From positions 2,996,245 to 3,040,230 of the forward strand of contig NC_068984.1 in assembly GCF_001194135.2 (NCBI RefSeq): a stretch of 43,986 nt of DNA. The letters run 5' to 3'. How positions within the stretch are numbered: the first letter of the stretch is position 1; each line of letters opens with the position of its first letter. Of this stretch, positions 1-12,070 are shown in pieces. The stretch comes from Octopus bimaculoides (taxonomy: Eukaryota). Made by a program: the position numbers and the translations under genes. The notes beneath the pieces were generated by a model that saw nothing but the letters and a program-made list of their open reading frames with translations, did not search any database and was not told the origin of the DNA.

Positions 1-2
1 TA

Positions 3-252
3 GGTATAATAAAAAAATATTCAGACAAATACATAACAAAAACACCAGGACTTACAAATATATATAACATACAGAAAATTGCACTACTGGGTACTGCACA
101 CATTCTACGCAAAACACTTTCAATACAGTAAACATAAGAGCACCACAGCAAACCACAGCACATACCCAAGGCGCACAGAGCTGCGCTCGGTAGTGAAGTG
201 AAAGTACGTTATAAAAATAAAACTACTGAATAATAATAATAATAATAATAAT
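3..252 (+). mobile_element. 3' end of an R4/Dong-clade non-LTR retrotransposon (ORF C-terminus, 3' UTR, (TAA)n tail)
   Basis: Frame 3-131 reads GIIKKYSDKYITKTPGLTNIYNIQKIALLGTAHILRKTLSIQ*, matching the QK-x-x-LLGTA-x-ILRK-x-L C-terminal signature of R4-clade elements. About 100 bp of UTR follow, then (AAT)n at about 228-252. Confidence 0.8.
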
Positions 253-667
253 ATGTGCCCACTCATACATATATGTACATACGTACATGTGTACATACGT
301 ACATGTGTACATACGTACATGTTACTCATGATAGGTGCATTAGGTTATGTAGCAACAAATTTACACAAAACCCTAGTATTATTAGGTTTCACGGAGAAAA
401 AGCCAAAGAAACTGGCGCGGATTCTCCAGATCCAATCAATCAGCGGCACAGTGAAGATTTGTAAGCCATTCCAAAGAGTCTCCACCTGGGATTCTTTAGA
501 GGAACAGATGCGCACGTTTGGATGTATGCATCGACATTTCAACCAAATTAACTACACACTTACAAACAGCGGGAACTTCCTTAACTCTGAAAGCCTCGAT
601 GTTTTCTTAGCGACCGGCTCGAACTCTCTCAAGAAGAACTTAAAACTTAAAGAAAGAATACATGCTG

Positions 668-786
<119 letters not shown>

Positions 787-1968
787 CAGTTCGATATGTG
801 ACCCTAGTGAATAGTATGTATAGTGTTGGAGGTTCCGTTTGTTCGTTTTACTGAAGCCATTGTAGAGACTCTCACAGCTCAGCGTGTGTTAAACTAATTC
901 TATCAACACACATTTAAATGATTCCATAGGAATGAATGAATTAGTCTAAATGAACTGGTTGATTAAAAGACTGAATAGATGTAATGTTCACCTAATTAAC
1001 CGAGATATGAACCCGTTTACTGTGAATATTATCTCTAATAGACTGACAGCTTAATCCATGAATAGATTTATCTCACGTTTGATTAGCAGAATTAAGTGAG
1101 ACTCATTCGAAGTTTTAGTTTTAATTATGCGTGGATTTATATAACCCACAGGCCGTATGACAGAGTCAATCAACAACAACAAAATATATACACATGCATA
1201 CATGCTGGCATACATATATACATACATATGTACATACATACATACATACATAATACATACATACAAATATCTATAAACAGATATGTAAATATGTATGTAT
1301 ATATGTATGTATGTATATATGTATGTATGTATGTTTGTATATAAGTATTTGATTTATGGCGTAAGAAAGTTTCATTTGAAGTCCTTGCGTTCCAGTTATT
1401 AAATCCGGTGTTATATTTCTAAAAGTGTAGTGTATCATTGTTAAATGACAATATCATAAACGGTCAACAGGTTCGCCTTTCTGTTAAGATTGTGTCATTG
1501 CTTGACAGTTTTAATTCAGACTTTTTATCAATGAGGCATATTTTATCAGTTCTAAACGGCAGCTCGCCTGTCATCAAGAACATATTGCAATAAGAGACCT
1601 ACTTGTCGACGAGGAGAAAAGAAAAAAGTCTTCAGCTTAATACTACAATAGAGGGAAACATTCAGCTTGGATTGGAGCTTTAGAATAACTAAGAGAGAGA
1701 GAGAATGCGAATAAAAGTGTCTTTATGACTCACCAGAGTGCTTTTCAAGTAATTTTGCACTTGTTCATTTGACATAACATTGCTTATAACGAAACACAAG
1801 TGCGAGATTCACTGCTTTGCAGCAAAGGAGTTGGCGCTTTTGATTTATTTTCGCTTGGCTATCTTTATCATACATCCAAACATAGACTTATACACAGACA
1901 AGCATCCACACGCATACAGATACAAATTACAGATACACATGTGCGCATGTGTATAAGTATGGAGGTAA

Positions 1969-2039
<71 letters not shown>

Positions 2040-2824
2040 NNNNNNNNNNNNNNNNNNNNNNNNNNNNNNNNNNNNNNNNNNNNNNNNNNNNNNNNNNNNN
2101 NNNNNNNNNNNNNNNNNNNNNNNNNNNNNNNNNNNNNNNNNNNNNNNNNNNNNNNNNNNNNNNNNNNNNNNNNNNNNNNNNNNNNNNNNNNNNNNNNNNN
2201 NNNNNNNNNNNNNNNNNNNNNNNNNNNNNNNNNNNNNNNNNNNNNNNNNNNNNNNNNNNNNNNNNNNNNNNNNNNNNNNNNNNNNNNNNNNNNNNNNNNN
2301 NNNNNNNNNNNNNNNNNNNNNNNNNNNNNNNNNNNNNNNNNNNNNNNNNNNNNNNNNNNNNNNNNNNNNNNNNNNNNNNNNNNNNNNNNNNNNNNNNNNN
2401 NNNNNNNNNNNNNNNNNNNNNNNNNNNNNNNNNNNNNNNNNNNNNNNNNNNNNNNNNNNNNNNNNNNNNNNNNNNNNNNNNNNNNNNNNNNNNNNNNNNN
2501 NNNNNNNNNNNNNNNNNNNNNNNNNNNNNNNNNNNNNNNNNNNNNNNNNNNNNNNNNNNNNNNNNNNNNNNNNNNNNNNNNNNNNNNNNNNNNNNNNNNN
2601 NNNNNNNNNNNNNNNNNNNNNNNNNNNNNNNNNNNNNNNNNNNNNNNNNNNNNNNNNNNNNNNNNNNNNNNNNNNNNNNNNNNNNNNNNNNNNNNNNNNN
2701 NNNNNNNNNNNNNNNNNNNNNNNNNNNNNNNNNNNNNNNNNNNNNNNNNNNNNNNNNNNNNNNNNNNNNNNNNNNNNNNNNNNNNNNNNNNNNNNNNNNN
2801 NATATATATATATTTGTATATATA

Positions 2825-2870
<46 letters not shown>

Positions 2871-2972
2871 TGTGTGTATGTGTACTGAGAAGAAATTAAG
2901 TCACCTTATTTCCCAGTAACCTACTCTAAATGCTGAACTCGATGACATAGTTTGCGGAAAAGACATTTCCAG

Positions 2973-3123
2973 GTTCTCTACAAACGTGATTACTCACGTT
3001 TGTACATCGAGCCATTCGTTGTGCATGACGGGATACGTAAGAGAATGACAGTCAAAACAAAACGAACAAAACTTGTCCCAACACAATTCCTGAATCTCAA
3101 ATTCTCGAAAGTTTCTTACGGGG
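2973..3123 (+). CDS. candidate internal exon of an unidentified gene (VLYKRDYSRLYIEPFVVHDGIRKRMTVKTKRTKLVPTQFLNLKFSKVSYG)
   Basis: Acceptor atttccAG, donor G|GTAAGT, 151 nt open only in phase 0 and ending in phase 1. No recognised family. A competing minus-strand exon overlaps it. Confidence 0.35.
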
Positions 3124-3287
3124 GTAAGTGATTCAAAGGAGGGACCTAATTAGGGTCTTACACACGTCGTAGAGAGAAGTGGAAAATCTTCGGTTAATTG
3201 AGATTATCCTTGCAATAAGGAGGCATAAACTCTCTCTAGGGGGATTTTAAAATCTAGAAATAACAAATCAGTTAATGAGACTTTTAG

Positions 3288-3343
3288 CAAGTGAGGTCGA
3301 TATGGAAGAGGACGATGTTTTGAAACTAATTAATGGAATTTGA
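3288..3343 (+). CDS. candidate terminal exon ((A)SEVDMEEDDVLKLINGI*)
   Basis: Acceptor gacttttAG. The phase-1 start matches the end of 2973-3123 across a 164-nt intron. Codons are strongly purine-first; TGA at 3341-3343. Confidence 0.3.
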
Positions 3344-3432
3344 GATGAAAATAGGGTGTTATGAGATCTTCGCAGAGAAGGCGCGGCTACGCTTTTTGAA
3401 GTGAGAAGTATATATGCATACATATACACGTA

Positions 3433-3522
<90 letters not shown>

Positions 3523-3529
3523 TGTGCGC

Positions 3530-3630
3530 GCGTGTACTGGGCTTACAAAGAATGTCCTGGGGTGGATTTGTTCGACTAAAGGCGGTGCTCCAGCATGGTC
3601 GCAGTCAAATGACTGAAACAAATAAATAGA
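3530..3630 (-). mobile_element. SINE-associated repeat fragment (tail family)
   Basis: The ggcttacaaagaat...gttcgactaaaggcggtgctccagcatggtcgcagtcaaatgactgaaaca block recurs at about 5500-5590, 30845-31020 and 35415-35530. Confidence 0.8.
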
Positions 3631-4561
3631 GATGAGCTAGCTTTGCATAATTAGCATTAATTTGTGAATATGCATTTGCACAATGCTGCAAATATTTACG
3701 CATAATTTCTTCGATTCTGGAATTAATACAACACGGAGAAGATTGTGAAACGGCTGTAACCCTATGGAAGTCACGTGCTTAAATATTTATTCACATCACT
3801 ACCTCCCAACTTTATGGTGTGTGGTGTACACACACACACACACGCACATGTTTGAGTATATATATATATATCTTTCTCTTTCTCTCTCCCTCACTCTCTC
3901 TGTTTCTCTATATAAATATATATATGTATATATANNNNNNNNNNNNNNNNNNNNNNNNNNNNNNNNNNNNNNNNNNNNNNNNNNNNNNNNNNNNNNNNNN
4001 NNNNNNNNNNNNNNNNNNNNNNNNNNNNNNNNNNNNNNNNNNNNNNNNNNNNNNNNNNNNNNNNNNNNNNNNNNNNNNNNNNNNNNNNNNNNNNNNNNNN
4101 NNNNNNNNNNNNNNNNNNNNNNNNNNNNNNNNNNNNNNNNNNNNNNNNNNNNNNNNNNNNNNNNNNNNNNNNNNNNNNNNNNNNNNNNNNNNNNNNNNNN
4201 NNNNNNNNNNNNNNNNNNNNNNNNNNNNNNNNNNNNNNNNNNNNNNNNNNNNNNNNNNNNNNNNNNNNNNNNNNNNNNNNNNNNNNNNNNNNNNNNNNNN
4301 NNNNNNNNNNNNNNNNNNNNNNNNNNNNNNNNNNNNNNNNNNNNNNNNNNNNNNNNNNNNNNNNNNNNNNNNNNNNNNNNNNNNNNNNNNNNNNNNNNNN
4401 NNNNNNNNNNNNNNNNNNNNNNNNNNNNNNNNNNNNNNNNNNNNNNNNNNNNNNNNNNNNNNNNNNNNNNNNNNNNNNNNNNNNNNNNNNNNNNNNNNNN
4501 NNNNNNNNNNNNNNNNNNNNNNNNNNNNNNNNNNNNNNNNNNNNNNNNNNNNNNNNNNNNN

Positions 4562-4822
4562 AAGCATTTCGCCCAGCATGCTAACGTTTCTTATTTCTAT
4601 ATTACCCACAAGGGACTAAACATAGCGGGGACAAACAAGGACAGACAAAGGGATTAAGTCGATTACATCGACTCCAATGCGCAACTGGTACTTATTTAAT
4701 CGACCCGAAAGGATGAAAGGCAAAGTCGACCTCGGCGGAATTTGAACTCAGAACCTAACGGCAGACGAAAGACCGCTAAGTATTTCGCCCGGCGTGCTAA
4801 CGTTTCTGCCAGCTCACCGCTT
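4562..4822 (-). mobile_element. tRNA-derived SINE (family A)
   Basis: The minus strand has a head with B-box-like gagttcaaattcc and the central block gtcgactttgcctttcatcctttcgggtcgat..aagtaccag. Homologous copies at 17674-17878 and 38625-38860. Confidence 0.88.
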
Positions 4823-5169
4823 TCGGAAATATTACTGGAGAATTGTTGCACTCAAACCATGGAGAAGCGAGTTCGATCTGAGCTATGTGAAAAATAAACA
4901 AATGCATATTTATCGTAAATTATTCTGATTTTTCTTTTTAAGGAAAACCTAAACATTTCCAAAATTTACATAATTACCTTTTTAATAAGTTTTCCCTCAA
5001 TATTTATTGTCGTATTTACTTCTTATTGTTGAGAGATGAAAAGAAAAAATGTAGAAAAGTTTGATGTTTGTCCATCTCTCTGTGAAGGGGAACCCCTATA
5101 CAAACTCTTTGCATCGTATACCCGCCTCATACAATTTTTCTGCTCCCTAGGTGCAACACCTGAATCACT

Positions 5170-5590
5170 ATAGGAATGGTGGTGCTGTAAAAAGTTTACT
5201 ACCCGACCAAATGATTCCGGGTTCAGTCCCTCTTCGTGGCATCTTGAGCAAGTGTTTCTACTCTAGCCATGGGCCGACCAAAGCCTGGTTAGTAGATGTG
5301 GTAGACGGGAATGAAAGAAGCTCGTCGTACACACACACACACACACACATATATATGTATGTACGCGCGCGTACGTGTGTGTGTATCTGCGCGCGTTTCT
5401 GTCCGTGTTTGTCTCCCACCACCGCTTACCAACCGGTGTTGGTGTGCTTACGGCGCCGTATCTTAGTGGTTAAGCAAAGAAAAAACGATAGAATAAGTAC
5501 CAGGTTTAAACAATTAAAGTACGGGGGTCGATTCATTCTAATGACCCCTTCCCCCTACTCTAATGACTGAAACAAAGATGAAAGATATAT
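5170..5590 (+). mobile_element. tRNA-derived CORE-like SINE (family B) with microsatellite and tail
   Basis: B-box-like ggttcagtccc, CORE-like atcttgagcaagtgtttct, then gggccgaccaaagcc and gacgggaatgaaagaagc. Homologous to 32853-33010 and 43535-43703. Confidence 0.85.
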
Positions 5591-6033
5591 TCACTTTTGC
5601 ACAAACAACAGCCCCTTAAAGGTGGTAGTATGTAATTTGAGGGAGAGTTTGCTGTTATTTCTAGCAGGCCGGGCGACCACTTAGAGTTTCATTGCTGTTC
5701 TAATGGTTGTTTTAGTAGAGGTTTTGCTTATGTTGGTTATTATAAATTACATCTGGGTGTTAAAAGAGAATTGCCAGGTTAAAAATAGAAGGAGCCATTA
5801 CGAGAAAAACAACAGCAACAACAATAACAATAACAACGAGTCAACAACAACCATTAACAGTAAGAACATCAATAAGGGCGCCGAGAATTCATATGATTTG
5901 CTCCGGTGAATGAGCCCCGACTTGTGACTTACTGTTTCATAACAGTGAGGAACGGAAGCGTTGGAAGGGATGGAGGCGATTCTGAACGATAAAAGCCTTG
6001 TTTAACGCGATAACAGCAAGACTGGCAGCTGAT

Positions 6034-6145
<112 letters not shown>

Positions 6146-8538
6146 AACAGAACGATAACAACTCTAAGGTGAATAGAAACTTTGATGATAATAGGCGGAG
6201 GAGGAAGGTCGGAGGCAGGAAATAAACAGGGAAACGCACGTGAAACAGTTATTGATAAAACCTGCTGAGTTTCACAGGCAGACCTCTTCACCTTTGAAAT
6301 CTTCATCGCGTGCTTCGTGTTCTTTATATTTCGCTTCTAGTTTTTCATCTTCTCTTTATGTTTGTTTTGTTTTACCCTCTCCCCGCCCATCTCTCCCTCC
6401 CGTTGTTCTTTCTCATTCTACTCAAACAACGACCATTGTTATTAAACGATTTACTAGCCATTTTGCGCAAATCATTCATCTTTTTCTTCATATTATCATT
6501 ATTATTAATGTTGTTGGTGTTGTTGTTGATTGTTGTTGTTATTGGTGTTGTTGTTTTGTCTTGAAATAACATTACAACAATAATTACAACAACAACAACA
6601 ACAACATCAGCAGCAGCGTAACCCTGTTAATTTGTTCGACTCAGTAGCAATCATTGTTTAAATCCAAAGACATTTGTTTGGTGAGCCACAACAAAATAGA
6701 ATATTAATGAAAGGAGATTCGCGAAGAAGAAACAAAAGTGAGAATGTGGAAGAAAGTGGAAGAACTGTTGCTGCCAATAATGATTTCTAGCCAAAGAGTC
6801 AGCTTCGGAATGTTAATAAAGGTATTGAGGCAGACGATAACTTCTCGACTGAATCTAAATGAAGGCTTCATTAAAATCTGATATTGACAAGATTTCTCTA
6901 GGTGTTTGGTTGGTTCTTTCTGATACAAATCATAGATTATTGATTATAGTTGTTTGACCTGATCACGTGTGATTTCCATTACAGCGTTCCAACATTTCGA
7001 TGAGCGAAAAAAAAAACAACAAACAAACAAAATTAAGAACAAAACAAAGAATAATCACCAATCATTTTCAGGTGAAATCGTTTGTTTCTTTGCATCGAGA
7101 TAAAAGAAAGAATTGGATGAGGAAGGACAAGAAGAAAAGGAAAGAACTGACTTAAAACTCTTCAATATATTGGCTGCTAAAACTTTTTAGAACATACAAA
7201 ACGGTTTAAGGGCGGAGAGCCATTTGTATAATGAGTGGATGGCCATGCTTAAAGGGTGAATGACTATATTTACGGAGTGAAACGCTATTTTAGGAATCCT
7301 TTATACGTTGGTTCTTTAAGCTAATGGAATGCTCGCTGTCCAAGGAAAGTAAAACATTTAGAAATATTCTAGTTTCAGAGAAACAAGATTCTTATCCTAC
7401 GCAAAACAAAATGAAAAGCCATACATTAAATAATTGCTTATGCTATCTGTTTGCTCACATTAGACATACTGACCGGTTGCTTAAAACAGTAATCTATCTA
7501 TCTATCGATCGATCGATCTAGCTACATATATGCATATATATATGTAAATATATCTCAAATATAATCTCTCATATATATATATACATACATAAATGCATAA
7601 GGCTTCACTTCCACATACGTCAGCTTAATTTAATTCGTCCTTAGTCGAAGGACACCTGTTGTTTGCTTTTATATTTATGTACCATTTCTCCGTTTTTTTT
7701 CCCGTCCTTGTTTTTGTATACATTCGCTGCTTTCTTCTAAGGAATCTAGTACTCTTAGCTTAGATTTTCCTTGCGGCTGGCCAGATTGGAGCAGTCTCGA
7801 GTATAAACAGCCGAAACTGCAAAGAAAATCTGGAACTCGATTGACGAAAGAAAACTCCGAATGACCCGTCCTTGTCTGGATGTCTTGTTGTCTGTTGTGT
7901 TCTTGTCCCATTTTTTGTATTCTTTTTTATATAATATAGCGCGTACGTACACTTTGGTCTGTTATATATACACACGCATACATACATACATATNNNNNNN
8001 NNNNNNNNNNNNNNNNNNNNNNNNNNNNNNNNNNNNNNNNNNNNNNNNNNNNNNNNNNNNNNNNNNNNNNNNNNNNNNNNNNNNNNNNNNNNNNNNNNNN
8101 NNNNNNNNNNNNNNNNNNNNNNNNNNNNNNNNNNNNNNNNNNNNNNNNNNNNNNNNNNNNNNNNNNNNNNNNNNNNNNNNNNNNNNNNNNNNNNNNNNNN
8201 NNNNNNNNNNNNNNNNNNNNNNNNNNNNNNNNNNNNNNNNNNNNNNNNNNNNNNNNNNNNNNNNNNNNNNNNNNNNNNNNNNNNNNNNNNNNNNNNNNNN
8301 NNNNNNNNNNNNNNNNNNNNNNNNNNNNNNNNNNNNNNNNNNNNNNNNNNNNNNNNNNNNNNNNNNNNNNNNNNNNNNNNNNNNNNNNNNNNNNNNNNNN
8401 NNNNNNNNNNNNNNNNNNNNNNNNNNNNNNNNNNNNNNNNNNNNNNNNNNNNNNNNNNNNNNNNNNNNNNNNNNNNNNNNNNNNNNNNNNNNNNNNNNNN
8501 NNNNNNNNNNNNNNNNNNNNNNNNNNNNNNNNNNNNNN

Positions 8539-8616
<78 letters not shown>

Positions 8617-8709
8617 GCGTGTGTGTATCCATATATACGGGTATAACTGTGTGTTTCTGTACATATATATGTACATATAGTACCTGCTTTCTCGTACGTG
8701 GTCTTTCTT

Positions 8710-8889
8710 GTACGCTATACACCTTTCTTCCAAGCACTGCGGTAAACAGCGAAAGTGATCTAGAACGTTAAAACCTGATGTACATGCGCAGCAGCATTCA
8801 AGGTCAATCCGTACCAAGCAGCTTCACTTTGCGTGCTTTAGCTTCGCTACTATGGCAACATTCCGGCTACTTATTGATCAGACCTCGTA
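8710..8889 (-). mobile_element. Tc1/mariner 5' end (TIR plus leader), truncated
   Basis: The minus strand begins TA-CGAGGTCTGATCAATAAGTAGCCGGA, a mariner-type TIR with its TA target at 8888-8889. The second TIR is not visible (microsatellite and N-gap downstream). Confidence 0.7.
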
Positions 8890-8944
8890 AACAAGCAAAG
8901 CCATTGCTAGAAAGAATCATTGAAATGACGTCATTGATGATGCA

Positions 8945-9081
8945 ATGTGAAGCCCTTGTGTAACTCTTGAGGCCGGCCAAAAACATGAATATTTTATTGC
9001 ATAATGCACAGCTGTGCCGGGTGTCAGGGGGAAGAGGTGCCACAGTATGGAGTCTTTTGACATGCCTGTTCAATACTCCAA
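8945..9081 (-). pseudogene. C2H2 zinc-finger-like remnant (RTE-LINE ORF2 C-terminus or a ZNF gene exon)
   Basis: Reads GVLNRHVKRLH-TVAPLPPDTRHS-CALCNKIFMFLAGLKSYTRASH: the end of one finger plus a CxxC..F.....L..(H>Y)....H finger. Confidence 0.55.
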
Positions 9082-9981
9082 CTGAAAGGTATGCATGTAT
9101 GTATGTATGTATGTATGTATGTATGTATGTATGTATGTACGTATGTATGTACGTACGTATGTATGTATGTATGCAAGTATGTATGTGTGTATAAAAAACA
9201 GAACACATGGATTTTATGTTATGATGTGATCTATAATGCATCAATAAAATTCTATCGAAACAGCTGTCGTAAATTTAACCTTCACTTGTGCTCTTTATTT
9301 ATAGCTATGTCACACATTTAGAACCAACCCTCAATCGGATCTACGGTTTAAATTGGATTTGGTATTTACATATCTATAGTATCCTACCAACCCTTGATCC
9401 CTTCATTGTTGTTTGACCTCTCTGTGATCCCTATTTTGTTGAACCTAGCCGTTTTTGGCGTCTTACGTGTTGATATGCCTACATTCTATTCAGTCATATA
9501 ACAAATATAGCTATCTACATGTATATACGTGTACATATACATACACATACACACACACACATGCATATATAAGAGTGTGTATGCGTTTATATGCATGTAT
9601 ATGAAGGCATATGTATATACACACAGACAATACACTCACAGATACACACACACATATTTGTATATAGTTAATATAACCGATGAAAGCTGACAAATCGCTG
9701 TGGATAAATAATTAAAAAAAGGCAGAAGGCAGGTTATAATTCAGCATCATAGCATGAACCAGGAAGAGGTGGAGAGGGAGTAAGAAGAGGAAGAAAAAAA
9801 TATAAAAACCCGTTTTAAGGAGGGAAAATGTTTGGACAAGAACATGAAAAATAACAGTTTACAGTAATATAGTAAATATGTTTATATGTACTTGTGTGTG
9901 GGGGGGCGTATGTGTGTGTGTATATGTGTGCGCGTGTGCGCGTATGTGTGCGTGGGTATGCATGCGTGTGTGTGTGTCTGT

Positions 9982-10031
<50 letters not shown>

Positions 10032-10330
10032 GTGAGGATCATTTTGTGACCCTTTTAGTGCAAACGTCTAAAACAGTTATTTGTTGTAATATATTTTAAT
10101 TATTCTTTCATTACGCTATGGTTAACTATATCCATGCTACGTATACGTCCAGGTACGCGTCCAGGTGTATTCTGACTTGATTAACTGTGGGTTGTGGCAC
10201 TGACAGGAAGGCCAAAGAACTGTCAGCTGCCGTGGATACTGTGTAAAAGACCGCTTCCAGAAAATAGTCGAGATTAAACATGTTTTATTCACCATTAATC
10301 AATTTTGTTAAGGCTTTCTGTATACAGAAA

Positions 10331-10341
10331 TCATCATCATC

Positions 10342-10373
<32 letters not shown>

Positions 10374-10446
10374 CATCGTCGTCGTCGTCATCATCATCAT
10401 CATCACTATCATCATCATCATCATCGTCGTCGTTGTAGTCGTCGTC
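10331..10446. repeat. (CAT)n/(CGT)n compound microsatellite
   Basis: Seen directly. Confidence 0.95.
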
Positions 10447-10557
10447 GGCATAACAGGCATAACTTGGAGAAAAATCTTCAATAGTTTGTTTTCTTCAAGA
10501 TTTGATTTAAGTAAATCTTGGAAGGATATGTAGAAATGCAGTGCAAAAACAGCTTAC

Positions 10558-10689
10558 CAATATTTACAGAGGCTGGAATTAGTATTTCCAGAATCATGTT
10601 TACGTCTTGGCTCAAACGTAACCTGACAATGTCTTTACAAAGACCAAGGTTTATCGTTGAAGTTGTATCAAATGTTGGCACAGAGATTT
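10558..10689 (-). CDS. candidate phase 1-1 exon (ISVPTFDTTSTINLGLCKDIVRLRLSQDVNMILEILIPASVNI)
   Basis: Strong donor G|GTAAGC, 132 nt open. Weak acceptor (ttttacggtaaAG). No recognised family. Confidence 0.22.
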
Positions 10690-11194
10690 CTTTACCGTAA
10701 AATTTTCATTTCAACTCACACACACACCACACACACACACACACATGCACACACACATGTGCTTTCTCGTTGTGAACATCATTTGTGACTTTCCATCCAT
10801 GACATCCCAGATGACTATTCACCACCGGTGCTCAAGCATAGGTGACAGACGAAAGCTTTAACCTACTGTGCACTTCCAACTGATTAGGTGTGCACACGTC
10901 TCCCCTCTTTGAGTTGATGGAATGACAAACGAGGTCACCATTAAAAGATATCTCTCCGTCGGCGCGGGACACAGACATGCTCTTGGTTGGTGTCAGGACG
11001 TTCAGTCAAACCAACGGAAATGAAAGATCCCTAGGTGTTTGTAGAAGGATGTAAAACTTATGGTTTCATGTAACTACTGGTCACTTCGCTTCAGCCAGTC
11101 TCTTGGTACATACAGACTTACATAGATACATAGATACATACTTGCATACATGCATATGTATATATAGTGAGACTTTACAAACAAACACAAAAAC

Positions 11195-11330
11195 AACAAA
11201 AGACGAAGACGGGTGTGTAAACAACAAACAGATGTATTAGTTTAACGCTCGGGAAGTGAGAACGTCTTTTACGTTTCGAGCCTACGCTCTTCGACAGAAA
11301 GGAACACAGAAATAAATTGGGAGAGAAAAT
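11195..11330 (-). mobile_element. Penelope-like terminal repeat fragment, copy 1
   Basis: Homologous to 11650-11775. Contains GAAGAG..CTCGAAACGT, typical of Penelope pseudo-LTR ends. Confidence 0.6.
11266..11301 (-). ncRNA. minimal type I hammerhead-ribozyme-like motif with a variant core (CUGUCGA)
   Basis: Minus strand: CUUU CUGUCGA A GAGC-guag-GCUC GAA ACGU A AAAG. Stem I CUUU/AAAG, stem II GAGC/GCUC, palindromic ACGU, GUA triplet. Confidence 0.45.
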
Positions 11331-11374
11331 ATCATGGCGAATCATTGTATATATATATACAAAGAGAAAGAGAG

Positions 11375-11570
11375 AGAGAGGCAGTGAGTTCGATTCCTAG
11401 ACCGGGCTCTATGTAGTGTTCTTGAGCAAGACACTTTATTTTACTCACCTGTTCACTCAGCTAACGAGTTCACTCAGATGTAGAAATGAGTTGTGACGTG
11501 ACTGGTGCCAAGCTGGTGCCAGGCTTTCTAGATGTAATCCCATGGTGGTTCATAAACGAAAGGGGTCTTT
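11375..11570 (+). mobile_element. tRNA-derived SINE fragment (family D)
   Basis: gagttcgattcctagaccggg...gtgttcttgagcaagacacttt. Related to 11805-12070 and 39960-40185. Confidence 0.75.
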
Positions 11571-11649
11571 ACCCTTTATATTAGTGTGTGTGTGTAATTG
11601 TGTGTGTATAAGGTGAATGTATATATATATATAGTTGAAATTTATAGCA

Positions 11650-11775
11650 ACCCAAAAGACGAAGACAGGTGCAGGAACAACAAACAAGTGTATTAGTTTG
11701 ACGCTCGGGAAAAATGATAAAGTCTTTTACGTTTCGAGCTTATGCTCTTCAACAGAAAGGAACAAGAGAAGATAA
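11650..11775 (-). mobile_element. Penelope-like terminal repeat fragment, copy 2
   Basis: Diverged homologue of 11195-11330. Confidence 0.6.
11724..11759 (-). ncRNA. minimal type I hammerhead-ribozyme-like motif with a variant core (CUGUUGA)
   Basis: Minus strand: CUUU CUGUUGA A GAGC-auaa-GCUC GAA ACGU A AAAG. Same stems as copy 1, different loop. Confidence 0.45.
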
Positions 11776-11804
11776 ACAGCGGTCCAGCATGTATTGCATT
11801 CATG

Positions 11805-12070
11805 ATCTATCCATCGTGATTTCAATTCCTAGACCGGGTGGTGCGTTGAGTTCTTGAGCAAAACACTTCATCTCGCGTCGTTTTGTGATCACTTCGACAC
11901 CTGAAGTGTGGTACACCGTGCACCTATTCAGACACCATCTATTTTATGGAGGAGGGAGTGGGGTAATGTGCGGCACGAACATTTGGTCACAATGAACAAG
12001 TCATTTGTGCAGGTCGTTCGGCAAAAAGCTGAATGCTCATACGTCGTCTTCGACGGGAGAGGCCATCATT
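11805..12070 (+). mobile_element. tRNA-derived SINE (family D)
   Basis: ttcaattcctagaccggg..gagttcttgagcaaaacacttcat..tgatcacttcgacacctga. Inverse homologue at 39960-40185. Confidence 0.75.

Noticed and set aside
3037-3051. CFDCH (CxxCH heme-c-like motif) in the minus-strand exon candidate
   Set aside because: A five-residue match in an unconfirmed eukaryotic exon; chance is the simplest explanation.
7600-7920. Hairpin GTCCTT/AAGGAC at 7637-7653 followed by GAA on the minus strand, and ORFs 7675-7911 and 7755-7952
   Set aside because: There is no CUGANGA core, so it is not called a hammerhead. The block looks like a dispersed repeat and the peptides match nothing recognisable.
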